This document shows, piece by piece, positions 13,401 to 29,230 of a DNA stretch of 64,000 nucleotides; position 1 is the stretch's first letter; the number at the start of each line of letters is the position of its first letter. Made by a program: the position numbers and the translations under genes. The notes under the pieces were generated by a model. That model saw only the letters and a program-made list of their open reading frames with translations. It was not told where the DNA came from and searched no databases. Source of the stretch: Eledone cirrhosa. Its lineage: Eukaryota. The stretch spans positions 17,050,001-17,114,000 of the forward strand of contig OZ024761.1 of the NCBI GenBank assembly GCA_964016885.1. Direction: 5' to 3'.

Positions 13401-15517
13401 CGGCCGCTTGGCGGGCGTCTGGTAAAGTGGTGGTAGTGTAGGTTCGAGCGGAGGGGAAACGAAAAAGGTGGCTCAGAGATGATTGTGGCCCCGGGTAGCT
13501 CAGAAGATAGAGACCAATCTCTTAAATTAAAACAATAAAAATGTTTTAAACATAAGATAAAGTAGAAGATCGAAACCCTATCTCCAAATCTATACACACT
13601 CAATTGATGCATAGATACACCACAACTACCCACACGACCACCTACAGACCAACAATTACGGAGTGAAAATAAACACATTTAAAGCTATTTTATTGTTAGA
13701 CTAAAAATAAGTTTATATATGTAAATATTCAAAAGAAAATCACTTAAGTCTTTATAGTCTAGTGGTAAGACATAAGACTGGGGAATGCCGTGTTTGGATT
13801 TCGAATCAACTTAAAACATTAATTTTTTTTATCCTCACACTGTAATGAATTTGTTTGATTTGAACACGTAGTCATACCATTTAAAGCTTTATTTTTCTCT
13901 TTCTAGTGGTAACACAGTCAGCATATAAATAAACGTGATTCACTTCAACACGTTGCCATACCATTTAAAACTTTATTTGGAGATGAGACAAAGACACATA
14001 AATACACCAAGTAGTAAACCCTTGATTTAACTTACTATGAAGATGAAGAATGTCTTAATATCAAAGTGACGTTAAATTTAGGGGCCACTTTCATTGTTTT
14101 TAATTTACAGAAACTCCTTAATATAACACAATATACAAGATATATATATCAGAAGGAATATTTTTTATTTTCTTGTTCCGTCAAACCTTGCGTTTATTCT
14201 ACACACACACACGTCGAAACACTTGCTTGAGGTGGCTTTCTTAGACATAATGAAAAGTGTTGGCTTTGTGGAGATTGATACAACTTTGGGTGATGTTACG
14301 AGGAGGGGCAAGGCTATGGAGAGTGTCTTAGTGGAAGAGATGATATCAGAGCAGTAACCTCCAAAGAGATGAAATTAGTGACTGAGATGCTATCATTGCA
14401 TAGTTAAGAATATATATAACAAACATATACTATAAATTTAACAAGTCAAACTACAGTTATACTCTAACACGGAAGACAAATAAAACTTTACCTCTATCAT
14501 GCACGTCGTATCCAGTGTGTTGTTATAAGAAAACCGGTGAAACACTAAATATGCCACCAGTGTAGCGATTTTATACTCTCTCTGCTTCATCGTACCACCC
14601 AGTAACATGAAACTGTGTTCAAATCCCTGGGTGGTAGAATTACGTCGCTTTAAAATAAACACACTGGGGTCAGTTTGAATATTGATTTCATGTGAAAAAT
14701 ATAAACATATTATGATTGTACTCCGAACTATCAATATTGAAACAATTCTAATGCGCCAATAAAATTTATATATATATACAGCAACACTGTTTTCGATCTT
14801 TCTTACTTTTTTTATTCACATTCTACAGTCACTTTAACTCTGTAATAAAAGCCAACACGAGACGAACGTTAACTGCAGTTACCCCCCACGAAATTAACGC
14901 ACACACAAATGAATATACTACGAAAATGTATTTAAAATAAAAAAATAAATACTTAAATTCAATGTATGTATAATTACACATACAATATGTTTTGTTGTAA
15001 AACCCTAAATAATCATTTAAGAAATGATGTCAATCTTTGTACAGAGATAAACATTAATTTATGTATATGCATTGTGTGTGCGTATATACTCCATTTAAGA
15101 CAGCGAAAAAACCAGTACCTCCTTCGAAGAATGCCAAATAGCTTATGCCTCAGGGATACCGGTGTAACACTAATTAAGTTACCGGTGTAGATATTTCAGT
15201 TGAACCCTGCTTCAACAAACTACCCGGTAATTTGAAATCGAGTTTAGAGTGAGGGGTGTAAAACAGAATTCTGTTTGGAAAATAGTAAATTCTAAACCTG
15301 CTAGAAACAGCAGCCAAATGTCATACTTTGGGTACGAGTTGCGACTCGTCTTACCTCTTCTAATATATATATATAAATATATATGTGTGTGTGTGTATAT
15401 ATATATATGCGTATGTAGATTCACGGGTCGCGCCGGGGAGAAACCACAATAAATACAATGTACTCAATAGATTGGCACAGTATATATATATATGTGTGGG
15501 TGTGTGTGTACATATAA

Positions 15518-15557
<40 letters not shown>

Positions 15558-16636
15558 ATATATATGTATAAATGCATATATACATATAAATACTTATATA
15601 TATACATAAACATATGTATACATACACACATATATAGATATATATGTGTGTATATATATATATATCTGTGTGTCTATTTCTATATATATATATAAATATA
15701 TATAATTATTACTTAGGTTCTAAGGAATATCCCGCGAATGTCGGGGTTTACTGTATATATATATATATATGTATGTATATACATATTTATTACTTTCACT
15801 GTTATTTCTAGCATGAAAAAGAAAAACCGGAAGAGGAGAAAATTGAAAAACATCTTCTTTTTCCCCCCTTTAACTTTTCAAACAAAAGAGAATTTTATGT
15901 AAACAAAAACGAAATTTTTGCCAAGAAAGATAACTCTTCTCTGACTTAAATCCAAAATTGGGATACAAAAAGAATTCAGCAATTTTTTGTATCCCAATTT
16001 TGGATTTAAGTCAGAGAAGAGTTATCTTTCTTGGCAAAAATTTCGTTTTTGTTTACATAAAATTCTCTTTTGTTTGAAAAGTTAAAGGGGGGAAAAAGAA
16101 GATGTTTTTCAATTTTCTCCCCTTCCGGTTTTTTCTAGTGTATACTAGAAATAGCAGTCAAAGCAATATATATATGCCTTTTGTGACAATATATATTGTT
16201 TTAACGCTAGATTATTAACAACAATATATTGTATTTGTTGGCCTATTGGACGCAGAAGACGCTCACTCGATTTTTATTATATTTTACGTTGTATATTGAG
16301 GTTTATAGACATTTCTATGGACCACCTACAATATTCGCGATTTTTCTCTATTCTCGGGTTCTCTAGGACTGTAAACCCCACGAATGCCGGGGGGTAAATG
16401 TATATGAATATATCGACTAATAATATACAGTATAATTGTACGAGTATGCATATACATAGCAATGTATATACATATTTACACATATATGTACATATATATA
16501 TATATAGACACACATGTATATATATATATATATAGACACACATGTATATATATATTTATATATATATGCATGTATGTATGTATGTATATATGTATACATA
16601 TATATACATATATATATATGCATGTATGTATATATG

Positions 16637-16696
<60 letters not shown>

Positions 16697-19600
16697 GACA
16701 TGTGTGTGTATGTACATTCTTAGGTATATACATATATATTTATACACACATACATACAAATATATATATTTCTATGAGTCCCGGTTTATTACACATTGGA
16801 GACAGAGTGAGAGATTTAGCTTTCATTTTTAGCAGATTTAGAAACTTTGCAAACGCTTTATTTTTTCTTATTGCCGGTACTCTGAACACGATTTGAAATG
16901 ACTGGAGTGAGTTTATAAAAGGGTAAACTGAAATAGTTGCACCGGTAATATATTTAGTGCTACACCGGTATTTTCGAAACAATCTCTTTCGCATTCGTCG
17001 ACAAGCGGTAACGTTTTCTATGCCGTCTCTGGTAGTGTAGAACTGTAGGTTGACTTGCTTGGGTTTTACAAATGTTTGTCAACATGCATATTATTATTAT
17101 ATACTTTCAAACACACTTACATATATTATATTTATAAACATATAGGATTTTACTAAGTTTTTATTCTTTCTAATGTGAAGAGATAGAAATAATAAGTTAA
17201 AGCTAAAGTATAATGATATAACAACAGTATATAATAGTTTTCTCCACTTTATTGAGATGCAAACGTTTTAAAGAAAAAACATGACAGTATAAGAAATATT
17301 TAATATCATAACATATAATATTTCAGGTAGGATGGTCGTTTCTCTTGTCTTCCACCTCTAGTTGTAGATTCTTCATGTCCTCTCTAGCCATAATTATGTC
17401 GTCGACATATGCATAAGTTTGATTTCTTCTTGAATGAATTGCAAATCTTGAGGTAGCCTTCTTGGTACATTTATTAGCTTTAATTCGTGTTTACACTGCT
17501 TGTAATAATTCGTACGTTTTTTACTTTAGATGAAACATATATATAAAAACGTCTGTGGCTTTAGTATACCTTTAAGTTTGATTTCAATAGAAAAATACTT
17601 ACTGAACATGTGTAACACAATTATAACTGGAGCTACTAAGTTCCTAGCCACTAGAAAATCTATTTGATAGAAGTTATTTCTTAGTTCTATGCACTGTCAA
17701 TATCCCTTCTACTTTTTATATGCTTGTGTTTGTTAAAGAAACATTCTCTGATTTAGAAACCACGATCTTCTCGCACCACCGTTGTAGTAATTCTTGTTAA
17801 ATGTTTTGTCTGGTCTATTGTCAATAAGTGGCCTTGTTTTCTGATTATTAATAAAGTTAAGTGGTCTACTGAATTGTCTTCATTATTGCCTATTTATAAG
17901 TTTTGTTTAACTGCCGATAACTTTAAAATGTATTTCTTAGGTTGCTTAGGCCTACAAACCTTATATCAGTGTCCCTTCTTTTGACACTTTCTACGAGTGA
18001 ATCCTTAAATTGACATTTTATTTTGGGTTGTACTGCCTTATCCCACCTATAACAGCTCCTTGACTGTGGAGACTAATATGAGTTATGTTGAATATAATTG
18101 TTGAGGTTTATTCAATCTAAGAGAAGAAAAAGGAATTATAAGTAAAGTGCAAAATTAACGTTTAAAGACAAGAAAAGTATTTCTTTCTCTCTGGCAAAAT
18201 AAATCGGCTGCTTTTAGACCTAGGGGAGGATTGACTCAGTCAGGTTTAAATGCCCACATGACGGTAATTACGGCACCCCTACAACAATAGTTAAGTGTCT
18301 ATAACCACCACGCATTTATGAGACTAAAAACCTTGCTAGTGTATTTTTATTTTGGTACAAAAGTTTTTAAATTCAAGTAAGTCCAATATAATGTATTTAA
18401 ACGAATCTATAGATAGGATTTCAATATCTGCCAGAGCTTATGAAATAGTAAAACAATTTTTTTTTTTTCAATTATGTCAAATACCAAAAGTTGTTCTTTA
18501 TTAAAGAAATGCTAAAATAGATTTGGTTAGTATGACTCTGAAATGTGTTCATAAACGGTAATGTTATGTTTTCCTGAGACCTGTCTGTCTTACAGTATGT
18601 TTACACACAATACATACATGCATATACATAAATTAATTGTTTATTAGCTATATTCATCTGTTTACACTCGTAATAATTCGAGCGGTTTTGTTTTTGTTTT
18701 TTCCTCAGGAGAGACGTAGATAGAAAAACGTTTGTGGCTTTAGTATTGCTTATTTTTAAGTTTTGTTTAAATGCCGATAAATTTGAAATATATTTGTTAG
18801 GTTTCTTAGAACTACAAATCTTTCTTATGACACTTACTACGGAATAAATTCTTAGCTGGATACTTTACTTTGTGATTACTTTCCTCCCAAAGCCATAACA
18901 GCTTGAATCAGATGTAGCAAAAACTTGTGAAGACTGACATGAGTTATGTTGAATATAAGTGTAGACGTAAAATATTTTTGTTTATTCAATCTAAAGGGAA
19001 GGCAAAAGAATTTTAAGTCAAGTGCAAAATTAACGTTTAAAGGCATAAGAAAGGTATCTCGCTTTCTCTCCTGTAAAATAAATAGGCTGTTTTTAGACCA
19101 GGAGGATGGGAGGATTGACTCAGTCAGATTTAAATGCACACATGACGGTAAATATGACAGTCCTACAACAACAGTTAAGTGTCTATAACAACCATGCATT
19201 TAAGAGACTGAAAACCTTACTAATTTGTTTTTATTTTGGTACTTGAAAACAAAATTTAAAAACAAATTATATATTTAATTTCCTGTAAGTAACATACAAT
19301 GTATTTAAATGAATCTACAGATGGAGTTGCAATATCTGCCAGGACTTTGGAAATAGGGAAATATATAATTTTTTAAATTAAAACTACTTTTCAAAGGAAT
19401 AATAAAGATATATATATACACACACACACACAGACATCTCTAGTGGAGATATTTCTGAGATTGGAAACCCTATCGATGTATGTATTTTGTCACTGAAAAG
19501 TTATCAAAAAATTATTATTATATATACATGTTTGTGTTTTTGACGTAAGTAAAACGAATCTATATACGAGGTTTTCGATACCTGCCAGAGCTTATGAAAT

Positions 19601-21662
19601 AGTAAAAGAATATTTTTATTTTTCAATTATGTCAAACATCGTATGTGGTTCTTTATTAAAGAAATGCTAAAATAGATTTAAATATATGAAATTTGCACAG
19701 TAGAATTACGGCCGCTTGGCGGGCGTCTGGTAAAGTGGTGGTAGTGTAGGTTCGAGCGGAGGGGAAACGAAAAAGGTGGCTCAGAGATGATCGTGGCCCC
19801 GGGTAGCTCAGAAGATAGAGACCAATCTCTTAAATTAAAACAATAAAAATGTTTTAAACATAAGATAAAGTAGAAGATCGAAACCCTATCTCCAAATCTA
19901 TACACACTCAATAGATGCATAGATACACCACAACTACCCACACGACCACCTACAGACCAACAATTACGGAGTGAAAATAAACACATTTAAAGCTATTTTA
20001 TTGTTAGACTAAAAATAAGTTTATATATGTAAATATTCAAAAGAAAATCACTTAAGTCTTTACAGTCTAGTGGTAAGACGTAGCACTGGGGAATGCCGTG
20101 TTTGGATTTCGAATCAACTTAAAACATTAATTTTTTTTATCCTCACACTGTAAGGAATTTGTTTGATTTGAACACGTCGTCATACCATTTAAAGCTTTAT
20201 TTTTCTCTTTCTAGTGGTAACACAGTCAGCATATAAATAAACGTGATTCACTTCAACACGTTGCCATACCATTTAAAACTTTATTTGGAGATGAGACAAA
20301 GACACATAAATACACCAAGTAGTAAACCCTTGATTTAACTTACTATGAAGATGAAGAATGTCTTAATATCAAAGTGACGTTAAATTTAGGGGCCACTTTC
20401 ATTGTTTTTAATTTACAGAAACTCCTTAATATAACACAATATACAAGATATATATATCAGAAGGAATATTTTTTATTTTCTTGTTCCGTCAAACCTTGCG
20501 TTTATTCTACACACATACACGTCGAAACACTTGCTTGAGGTGGCTTTCTTAGACATAATGAGAAGTGTTGGCTTTGTGGAGATTGATACAAATTTGGGTG
20601 ATGTTACGAGGAGGGGCAAGGCTATGGAGAGTGTCTTAGTGGAAGAGATGATATCAGAGCAGTAACCTCCAAAGAGATGAAATTAGTGACTGAGATGCTA
20701 TCATTGCATAGTTAAGAATATATATAACAAACATATACTATAAATTTAACAAGTCAAACTACAGTTATACTCTAACACGGAAGACAAATAAAACTTTACC
20801 TCTATCATGCACGTCGTATCCAGTGTGTTGTTATAAGAAAACCGGTGAAACACTAAATATGCCACCAGTGTAGCGATTTTATACTCTCTCTGCTTCATCG
20901 TACCACCCAGTAACATGAAACTGTGTTCAAATCCCTGGGTGGTAGACTTACGTCGCTTTAAAATAAACACACTGGGGTCAGTTTGAATATTGATTTCATG
21001 TGAAAAATATAAACATATTATGATTGTACTCCGAACTATCAATATTGAAACAATTCTAATGCGCCAATAAAATTTATATATATATACAGCAACAGTGTTT
21101 TCGATCTTTCTTACTTTTTTTATTCACATTCTACAGTCACTTTAACTCTGTAATAAAAGCCAACACGAGACGAACGTTAACTGCAGTTACCCACGAAATT
21201 AACGCACACACAAATGAATATACTACGAAAATGTATTTAAAATAAAAAAATAAATACTTAAATTCAATGTATGTATAATTACACATACAATATGTTTTGT
21301 TGTAAAACCTTAAATAATGATTTAAGAAATGATGTCAATCTTTGTACAGAGATAAACATTAATTTATGTATATGCATTGTGTGTGCGTATATACTCCATT
21401 TAAGACAGCGAAAAAACCAGTACCTCCTTCGAAGAATGCCAAATAGCTTATGCCTCAGGGATACCGGTGTAACACTAATTAAGTTACCGGTGTAGATATT
21501 TCAGTTGAACCCTGCTTCAACAAACTACCCGGTAATTTGAAATCGAGTTTAGAGTGAGGGGTGTAAAACAGAATTCTGTTTGGAAAATAGTAAATTCTAA
21601 ACCTGCTAGAAACAGCACCCAAATGTCGTACTTTGGGTACGAGGTGCGACTCGTCTTACCTC

Positions 21663-21705
<43 letters not shown>

Positions 21706-22937
21706 ATATATATATATATATGCGTATGTAGATTCACGGGTCGCGCCGGGGAGAAACCACAATAAATACAATGTACTCAATAGATTGGCACAGTATATAT
21801 ATATATGTGTGGGTGTGTGTGTACATATAAATATGTGTGTGTGTGTGTGTGTGTGTATGTATATATATGTATAAATGCATATATACATATAAATACTTAT
21901 ATATATACATAAACATATGTATACATACACACATATATAGATATATATGTGTGTATATATATATATATCTGTGTGTCTATTTCTATATATATATATAAAT
22001 ATATATAATTATTACTTAGGTTCTAAGGAATATCCCGCGAATGTCGGGGTTTACTGTATATATATATATATGTATATATATACATATTTATTACTTTCAC
22101 TGTTATTTCTAGCATGAAAAAGAAAAACCGGAAGAGGAGAAGATTGAAAAACATCTTCTTTTTCCCCCTTTTAACTTTTCAAACAAAAGAGAATTTTATG
22201 TAAACAAAAACGAAATTTTTGCCAAGAAAGATAACTCTTCTCTGACTTAAATCCAAAATTGGGATACAAAAAGAATTCAGCAATTTTTTGTATCCCAATT
22301 TTGGATTTAAGTCAGAGAAGAGTTATCTTTCTTGGCAAAAATTTCGTTTTTGTTTACATAAAATTCTCTTTTGTTTGAAAAGTTAAAGGGGGGAAAAAGA
22401 AGATGTTTTTCAATTTTCTCCCCTTCCGGTTTTTTCTAGTGTATACTAGAAATAGCAGTCAAAGCAATATATATATGCCTTTTGTGACAATATATATTGT
22501 TTTAACGCTAGATTATTAACAACAATATATTGTATTTGTTGGCCTATTGGACGCAGAAGACGCTCACTCGATTTTTATTATATTTTACGTTGTATATTGA
22601 GGTTTATAGGCTTTTCTATGGACCACCTACAATATTCGCGATTTTTCTCTATTCTCGGGTTCTCTAGGACTGTAAACCCCACGAATGCCGGGGGGTAAAT
22701 GTATATGAATATATCGACTAATAATATACAGTATAATTGTACGAGTATGCATATACATAGCAATGTATATACATATTTACACATATATGTACATATATAT
22801 ATATATAGACACACATGTATATATATATATATATAGACACACATGTATATATATATTTATATATATATGCATGTATGTATGTATGTATATATGTATACAT
22901 ATATATACATATATATATATGCATGTATGTATATATG

Positions 22938-22985
<48 letters not shown>

Positions 22986-25900
22986 GACATGTGTGTGTAT
23001 GTACATTCTTAGGTATATACATATATATTTATACACACATACATACAAATATATATATTTCTATGAGTCCCGGCTTATTACACATTGGAGACAGAGTGAG
23101 AGATTTAGCTTTCATTTTTAGCAGATTTAGAAACTTTGCAAACGCTTTATTTTTTCTTATTGCCGGTACTCTGAACACGATTTGAAATGACTGGAGTGAG
23201 TTTATAAAAGGGTAAACTGAAATAGTTGCACCGGTAATATATTTAGTGTTACACCGGTATTTTCGAAACAATCTCTTTCGCATTCGTCTGCAAGCGGTAA
23301 CGTTTTCTATGCCGTCTCTGGTAGTGTAGAACTGTAGGTTGACTTGCTTGGGTTTTACAAATGTTTGTCAACATGCATGTTATTATTATATACTTTCAAA
23401 CACACTTACATATATTATATTTATAAACATATAGGATTTTAATAAGTTTTTATTCTTTCTAATGTGAAGAGATAGAAATAATAAGTTAAAGCTAAAGTAT
23501 AATGATATAACAACAGTATATAATAGTTTTCTCCACTTTATTGAGATGCAAACGTTTTAAAGAAAAAACATGACAGTATAAGAAATATTTAATATCATAA
23601 CATATAATATTTCAGGTAGGATGGTCGTTTCTCTTGTCTTCCACCTCTAGTTGTAGATTCTTCATGTCCTCTCTAGCCATAATTATGTCGTCGACATATG
23701 CATAAGTTTGATTTCTTCTTGAATGAATTGCAAATCTTGAGGTAGCCTTCTTGGTACATTTATTAGCTTTAATTCGTGTTTACACTGCTTGTAATAATTC
23801 GTACGTTTTTTACTTTAGATGAAACATATATATAAAAACGTCTGTGGCTTTAGTATACCTTTAAGTTTGATTTCAATAGAAAAATACTTACTGAACATGT
23901 GTAACACAATTATAACTGGAGCTACTAAGTTCCTAGCCACTAGAAAATCTATTTGATAGAAGTTATTTCTTAGTTCTATGCACTGTCAATATCCCTTCTA
24001 CTTTTTATATGCTTGTGTTTGTTAAAGAAACATTCTCTGATTTAGAAACCACGATCTTCTCGCACCACCGTTGTAGTAATTCTTGTTAAATGTTTTGTCT
24101 GGTCTATTGTCAATAAGTGGCCTTGTTTTCTGATTATTAATAAAGTTAAGTGGTCTACTGAATTGTCTTCATTATTGCCTATTTATAAGTTTTGTTTAAC
24201 TGCCGATAACTTTAAAATGTATTTCTTAGGTTGCTTAGGCCTACAAACCTTATATCAGTGTCCCTTCTTTTGACACTTTCTACGAGTGAATCCTTAAATT
24301 GACATTTTATTTTGGGTTGTACTGCCTTATCCCACCTATAACAGCTTGAAGCAGATATAGTAAAAACAGGTCCTTGACTGTGGAGACTAATATGAGTTAT
24401 GTTGAATATACTTGTTGAGGTTTATTCAATCTAAGAGAAGAAAAAGGAATTATAAGTAAAGTGCAAAATAAATCGGCTGCTTTTAAACCTAGAGGAGGGG
24501 AGGATTGACTTAGTCAGGTTTAAATGCCCACATGACGGTAATTACGGCACCCCTACAACAACAGTTAAGTGTCTATAACCACCACGCATTTATGAGACTA
24601 AAAACCTTGCTAGTGTATTTTTATTTTGGTACAAAAGTTTTTAAATTCAAGTAAGTCCAATATAATGTATTTAAACGAATCTATAGATAGGATTTCAATA
24701 TCTGCCAGAGCTTATGAAATAGTAAAACAATTTTTTTTTTTTCAATTATGTCAAATACCAAAAGTTGTTCTTTATTAAAGAAATGCTAAAATAGATTTAG
24801 TTAGTATGACTCTGAACTGTGTTCAGAAACGGTAATGTTATGTTTTGCTGAGAGCCTGTCTGTCTTACAGTATGTTTACACACAATACATACATGCATAT
24901 ACATAAATTAATTGTTTATTAGCTATATTCATCTGTTTACACTCCTCGTAATAATTCGAGCGGTTTTGTTTTTGTTTTTTCTTCAGGAGAGACGTAGATA
25001 GAAAAACGTTTGTGGCTTTAGTATTGCTTATTTTTAAGTTTTGTTTAATTGCCGATAAATTTGAAATATATTTGTTAGGTTTCTTAGAACTACAAATCTT
25101 TCTTATGACACTTACTACGGAATAAATTCTTAGCTGGATACTTTACTTTGAATCAGATGTAGCAAAAACTTGCGAAGACTGACATGAGTTATGTTGAATA
25201 TAAGTGTAGACGTCAAATATTTTTGTTTATTCAATCTAAAGGGAAGGCAAAAGAATTTTAAGTCAAGTGCAAAATTAACGTTTAAAGGCATAAGAAAGGT
25301 ATCTCGCTTTCTCTCCTGTAAAATAAATAGGCTGTTTTTAGACCAGGAGGATTGACTCAGTCAGATTTAAATGCACACATGACGGTAAATACGACAGTCC
25401 TACAACAACAGTTAAGTGTCTATAACAACCATGCATTTAAGAGACTGAAAACCTTACTAATTTGTTTTTATTTTGGTACTTGAAAACAAAATTTAAAAAC
25501 AAATTATATATTTAATTTCCTGTAAGTAACATACAATGTATTTAAATGAATCTACAGATGGAGTTGCAATATCTGCCAGGACTTTGGAAATAGGGAAATA
25601 TATAATTTTTTAAATTAAAACTACTTTTCAAAGGAATAATAAAGATATATATACACACACACACACAGACATCTCTAGTGGAGATATTTCTGAGATTGGA
25701 AACCCTATCGATGTATGTATTTTGTCACTGAAAAGTTATCAAAAAATTATTATTATATATACATGTTTGTGTTTTTGACGTAAGTAAAACGAATCTATAT
25801 ACGAGGTTTTCGATACCTGCCAGAGCTTATGAAATAGTAAAAGAATATTTTTATTTTTCAATTATGTCAAACATCGTATGTGGTTCTTTATTAAAGAAAT

Positions 25901-28059
25901 GCTAAAATAGATTTAAATATATGAAATTTGCACAGTAGAATTACGGCCGCTTGGCGGGCGTCTGGTAAAGTGGTGGTAGTGTAGGTTCGAGCGGAGGGGA
26001 AACTAAAAAGGTGGCTCAGAGATGATCGTGGCCCCGGGTAGCTCAGAAGATAGAGACCAATCTCTTAAATTAAAACAATAAAAATGTTTTAAACATAAGA
26101 TAAAGTAGAAGATCGAAACCCTATCTCCAAATCTATACACACTCAATTGATGCATAGATACACCACAACTACCCACACGACCACCTACAGACCAACAATT
26201 ACGGAGTGAAAATAAACACATTTAAAGCTATTTTATTGTTAGACTAAAAATAAGTTTATATATGTAAATATTCAAAAGAAAATCACTTAAGTCTTTATAG
26301 TCTAGTGGTAAGACGTAGCACTGGGGAATGCCGTGTTTGGATTTCGAATCAACTTAAAACATTAATTTTTTTTATCCTCACACTGTAAGGAATTTGTTTG
26401 ATTTGAACACGTCGTCATACCATTTAAAGCTTTATTTTTCTCTTTCTAGTGGTAACACAGTCAGCATATAAATAAACGTGATTCACTTCAACACGTTGCC
26501 ATACCATTTAAAACTTTATTTGGAGATGAGACAAAGACACATAAATACACCAAGTAGTAAACCCTTGATTTAACTTACTATGAAGATGAAGAATGTCTTA
26601 ATATCAAAGTGACGTTAAATTTAGGGGCCACTTTCATTGTTTTTAATTTACAGAAACTCCTTAATATAACACAATATACAAGATATATATATCAGAAGGA
26701 ATATTTTTTATTTTCTTGTTCCGTCAAACCTTGCGTTTATTCTACACACACACACGTCGAAACACTTGCTTGAGGTGGCTTTCTTAGACATAATGAAAAG
26801 TGTTGGCTTTGTGGAGATTGATACAACTTTGGGTGATGTTACGAGGAGGAGCAAGGCTATGGAGAGTGTCTTAGTGGAAGAGATGATATCAGAGCAGTAA
26901 CCTCCAAAGAGATGAAATTAGTGACTGAGATGCTATCATTGCATAGTTAAGAATATATATAACAAACATATACTATAAATTTAACAAGTCAAACTACAGT
27001 TATACTCTAACACAGAAGACAAATAAAACTTTACCTCTATCATGCACGTCGTATCCAGTGTGTTGTTATAAGAAAACCGGTGAAACACTAAATATGCCAC
27101 CAGTGTAGCGATTTTATACTCTCTCTGCTTCATCGTACCACCCAGTAACATGAAACTGTGTTCAAATCCCTGGGTGGTAGAATTACGTCGCTTTAAAATA
27201 AACACACTGGGGTCAGTTTGAATATTGATTTCATGTGAAAAATATAAACATATTATGATTGTACTCCGAACTATCAATATTGAAACAATTCTAATGCGCC
27301 AATAAAATTTATATATATATACAGCAACAGTGTTTTCGATCTTTCTTACTTTTTTTATTCACATTCTACAGTCACTTTAACTCTGTAATAAAAGCCAACA
27401 CGAGACGAACGTTAACTGCAGTTACCCACGAAATTAACGCACACACAAATGAATATACTACGAAAATGTATTTAAAATAAAAAAATAAATACTTAAATTC
27501 AATGTATGTATAATTACACATACAATATGTTTTGTTGTAAAACCCTAAATAATGATTTAAGAAATGATGTCAATCTTTGTACAGAGATAAACATTAATTT
27601 ATGTATATGCATTGTGTGTGCGTATATACTCCATTTAAGACAGCGAAAAAGCCAGTACCTCCTTCGAAGAATGCCAAATAGCTTATGCCTCAGGGATACC
27701 GGTGTAACACTAATTAAGTTACCGGTGTAGATATTTCAGTTGAACCCTGCTTCAACAAACTACCCGGTAATTTGAAATCGAGTTTAGAGTGAGGGGTGTA
27801 AAACAGAATTCTGTTTGGAAAATAGTAAATTCTAAACCTGCTAGAAACAGCACCCAAATGTCGTACTTTGGGTACGAGGTGCGACTCGTCTTACCTCTTC
27901 TAATATATATATATAAATATATATGTGTGTGTGTGTATATATATATATATGCGTATGTAGATTCACGGGTCGCGCCGGGGAGAAACCACAATAAATACAA
28001 TGTACTCAATAGATTGGCACAGTATATATATATATGTGTGGGTGTGTGTGTACATATAA

Positions 28060-28101
<42 letters not shown>

Positions 28102-29180
28102 ATATATATGTATAAATGCATATATACATATAAATACTTATATATATACATAAACATATGTATACATACACACATATATAGATATATATGTGTGTATATA
28201 TATATATATCTGTGTGTCTATTTCTATATATATATATAAATATATATAATTATTACTTAGGTTCTAAGGAATATCCCGCGAATGTCGGGGTTTACTGTAT
28301 ATATATATATATATGTATGTATATACATATTTATTACTTTCACTGTTATTTCTAGCATGAAAAAGAAAAACCGGAAGAGGAGAAAATTGAAAAACATCTT
28401 CTTTTTCCCCCCTTTAACTTTTCAAACAAAAGAGAATTTTATGTAAACAAAAACGAAATTTTTGCCAAGAAAGATAACTCTTCTCTGACTTAAATCCAAA
28501 ATTGGGATACAAAAAGAATTCAGCAATTTTTTGTATCCCAATTTTGGATTTAAGTCAGAGAAGAGTTATCTTTCTTGGCAAAAATTTCGTTTTTGTTTAC
28601 ATAAAATTCTCTTTTGTTTGAAAAGTTAAAGGGGGGAAAAAGAAGATGTTTTTCAATTTTCTCCCCTTCCGGTTTTTTCTAGTGTATACTAGAAATAGCA
28701 GTCAAAGCAATATATATATGCCTTTTGTGACAATATATATTGTTTTAACGCTAGATTATTAACAACAATATATTGTATTTGTTGGCCTATTGGACGCAGA
28801 AGACGCTCACTCGATTTTTATTATATTTTACGTTGTATATTGAGGTTTATAGGCTTTTCTATGGACCACCTACAATATTCGCGATTTTTCTCTATTCTCG
28901 GGTTCTCTAGGACTGTAAACCCCACGAATGCCGGGGGGTAAATGTATATGAATATATCGACTAATAATATACAGTATAATTGTACGAGTATGCATATACA
29001 TAGCAATGTATATACATATTTACACATATATGTACATATATATATATATAGACACACATGTATATATATATATATATAGACACACATGTATATATATATT
29101 TATATATATATGCATGTATGTATGTATGTATATATGTATACATATATATACATATATATATATGCATGTATGTATATATG

Positions 29181-29230
<50 letters not shown>
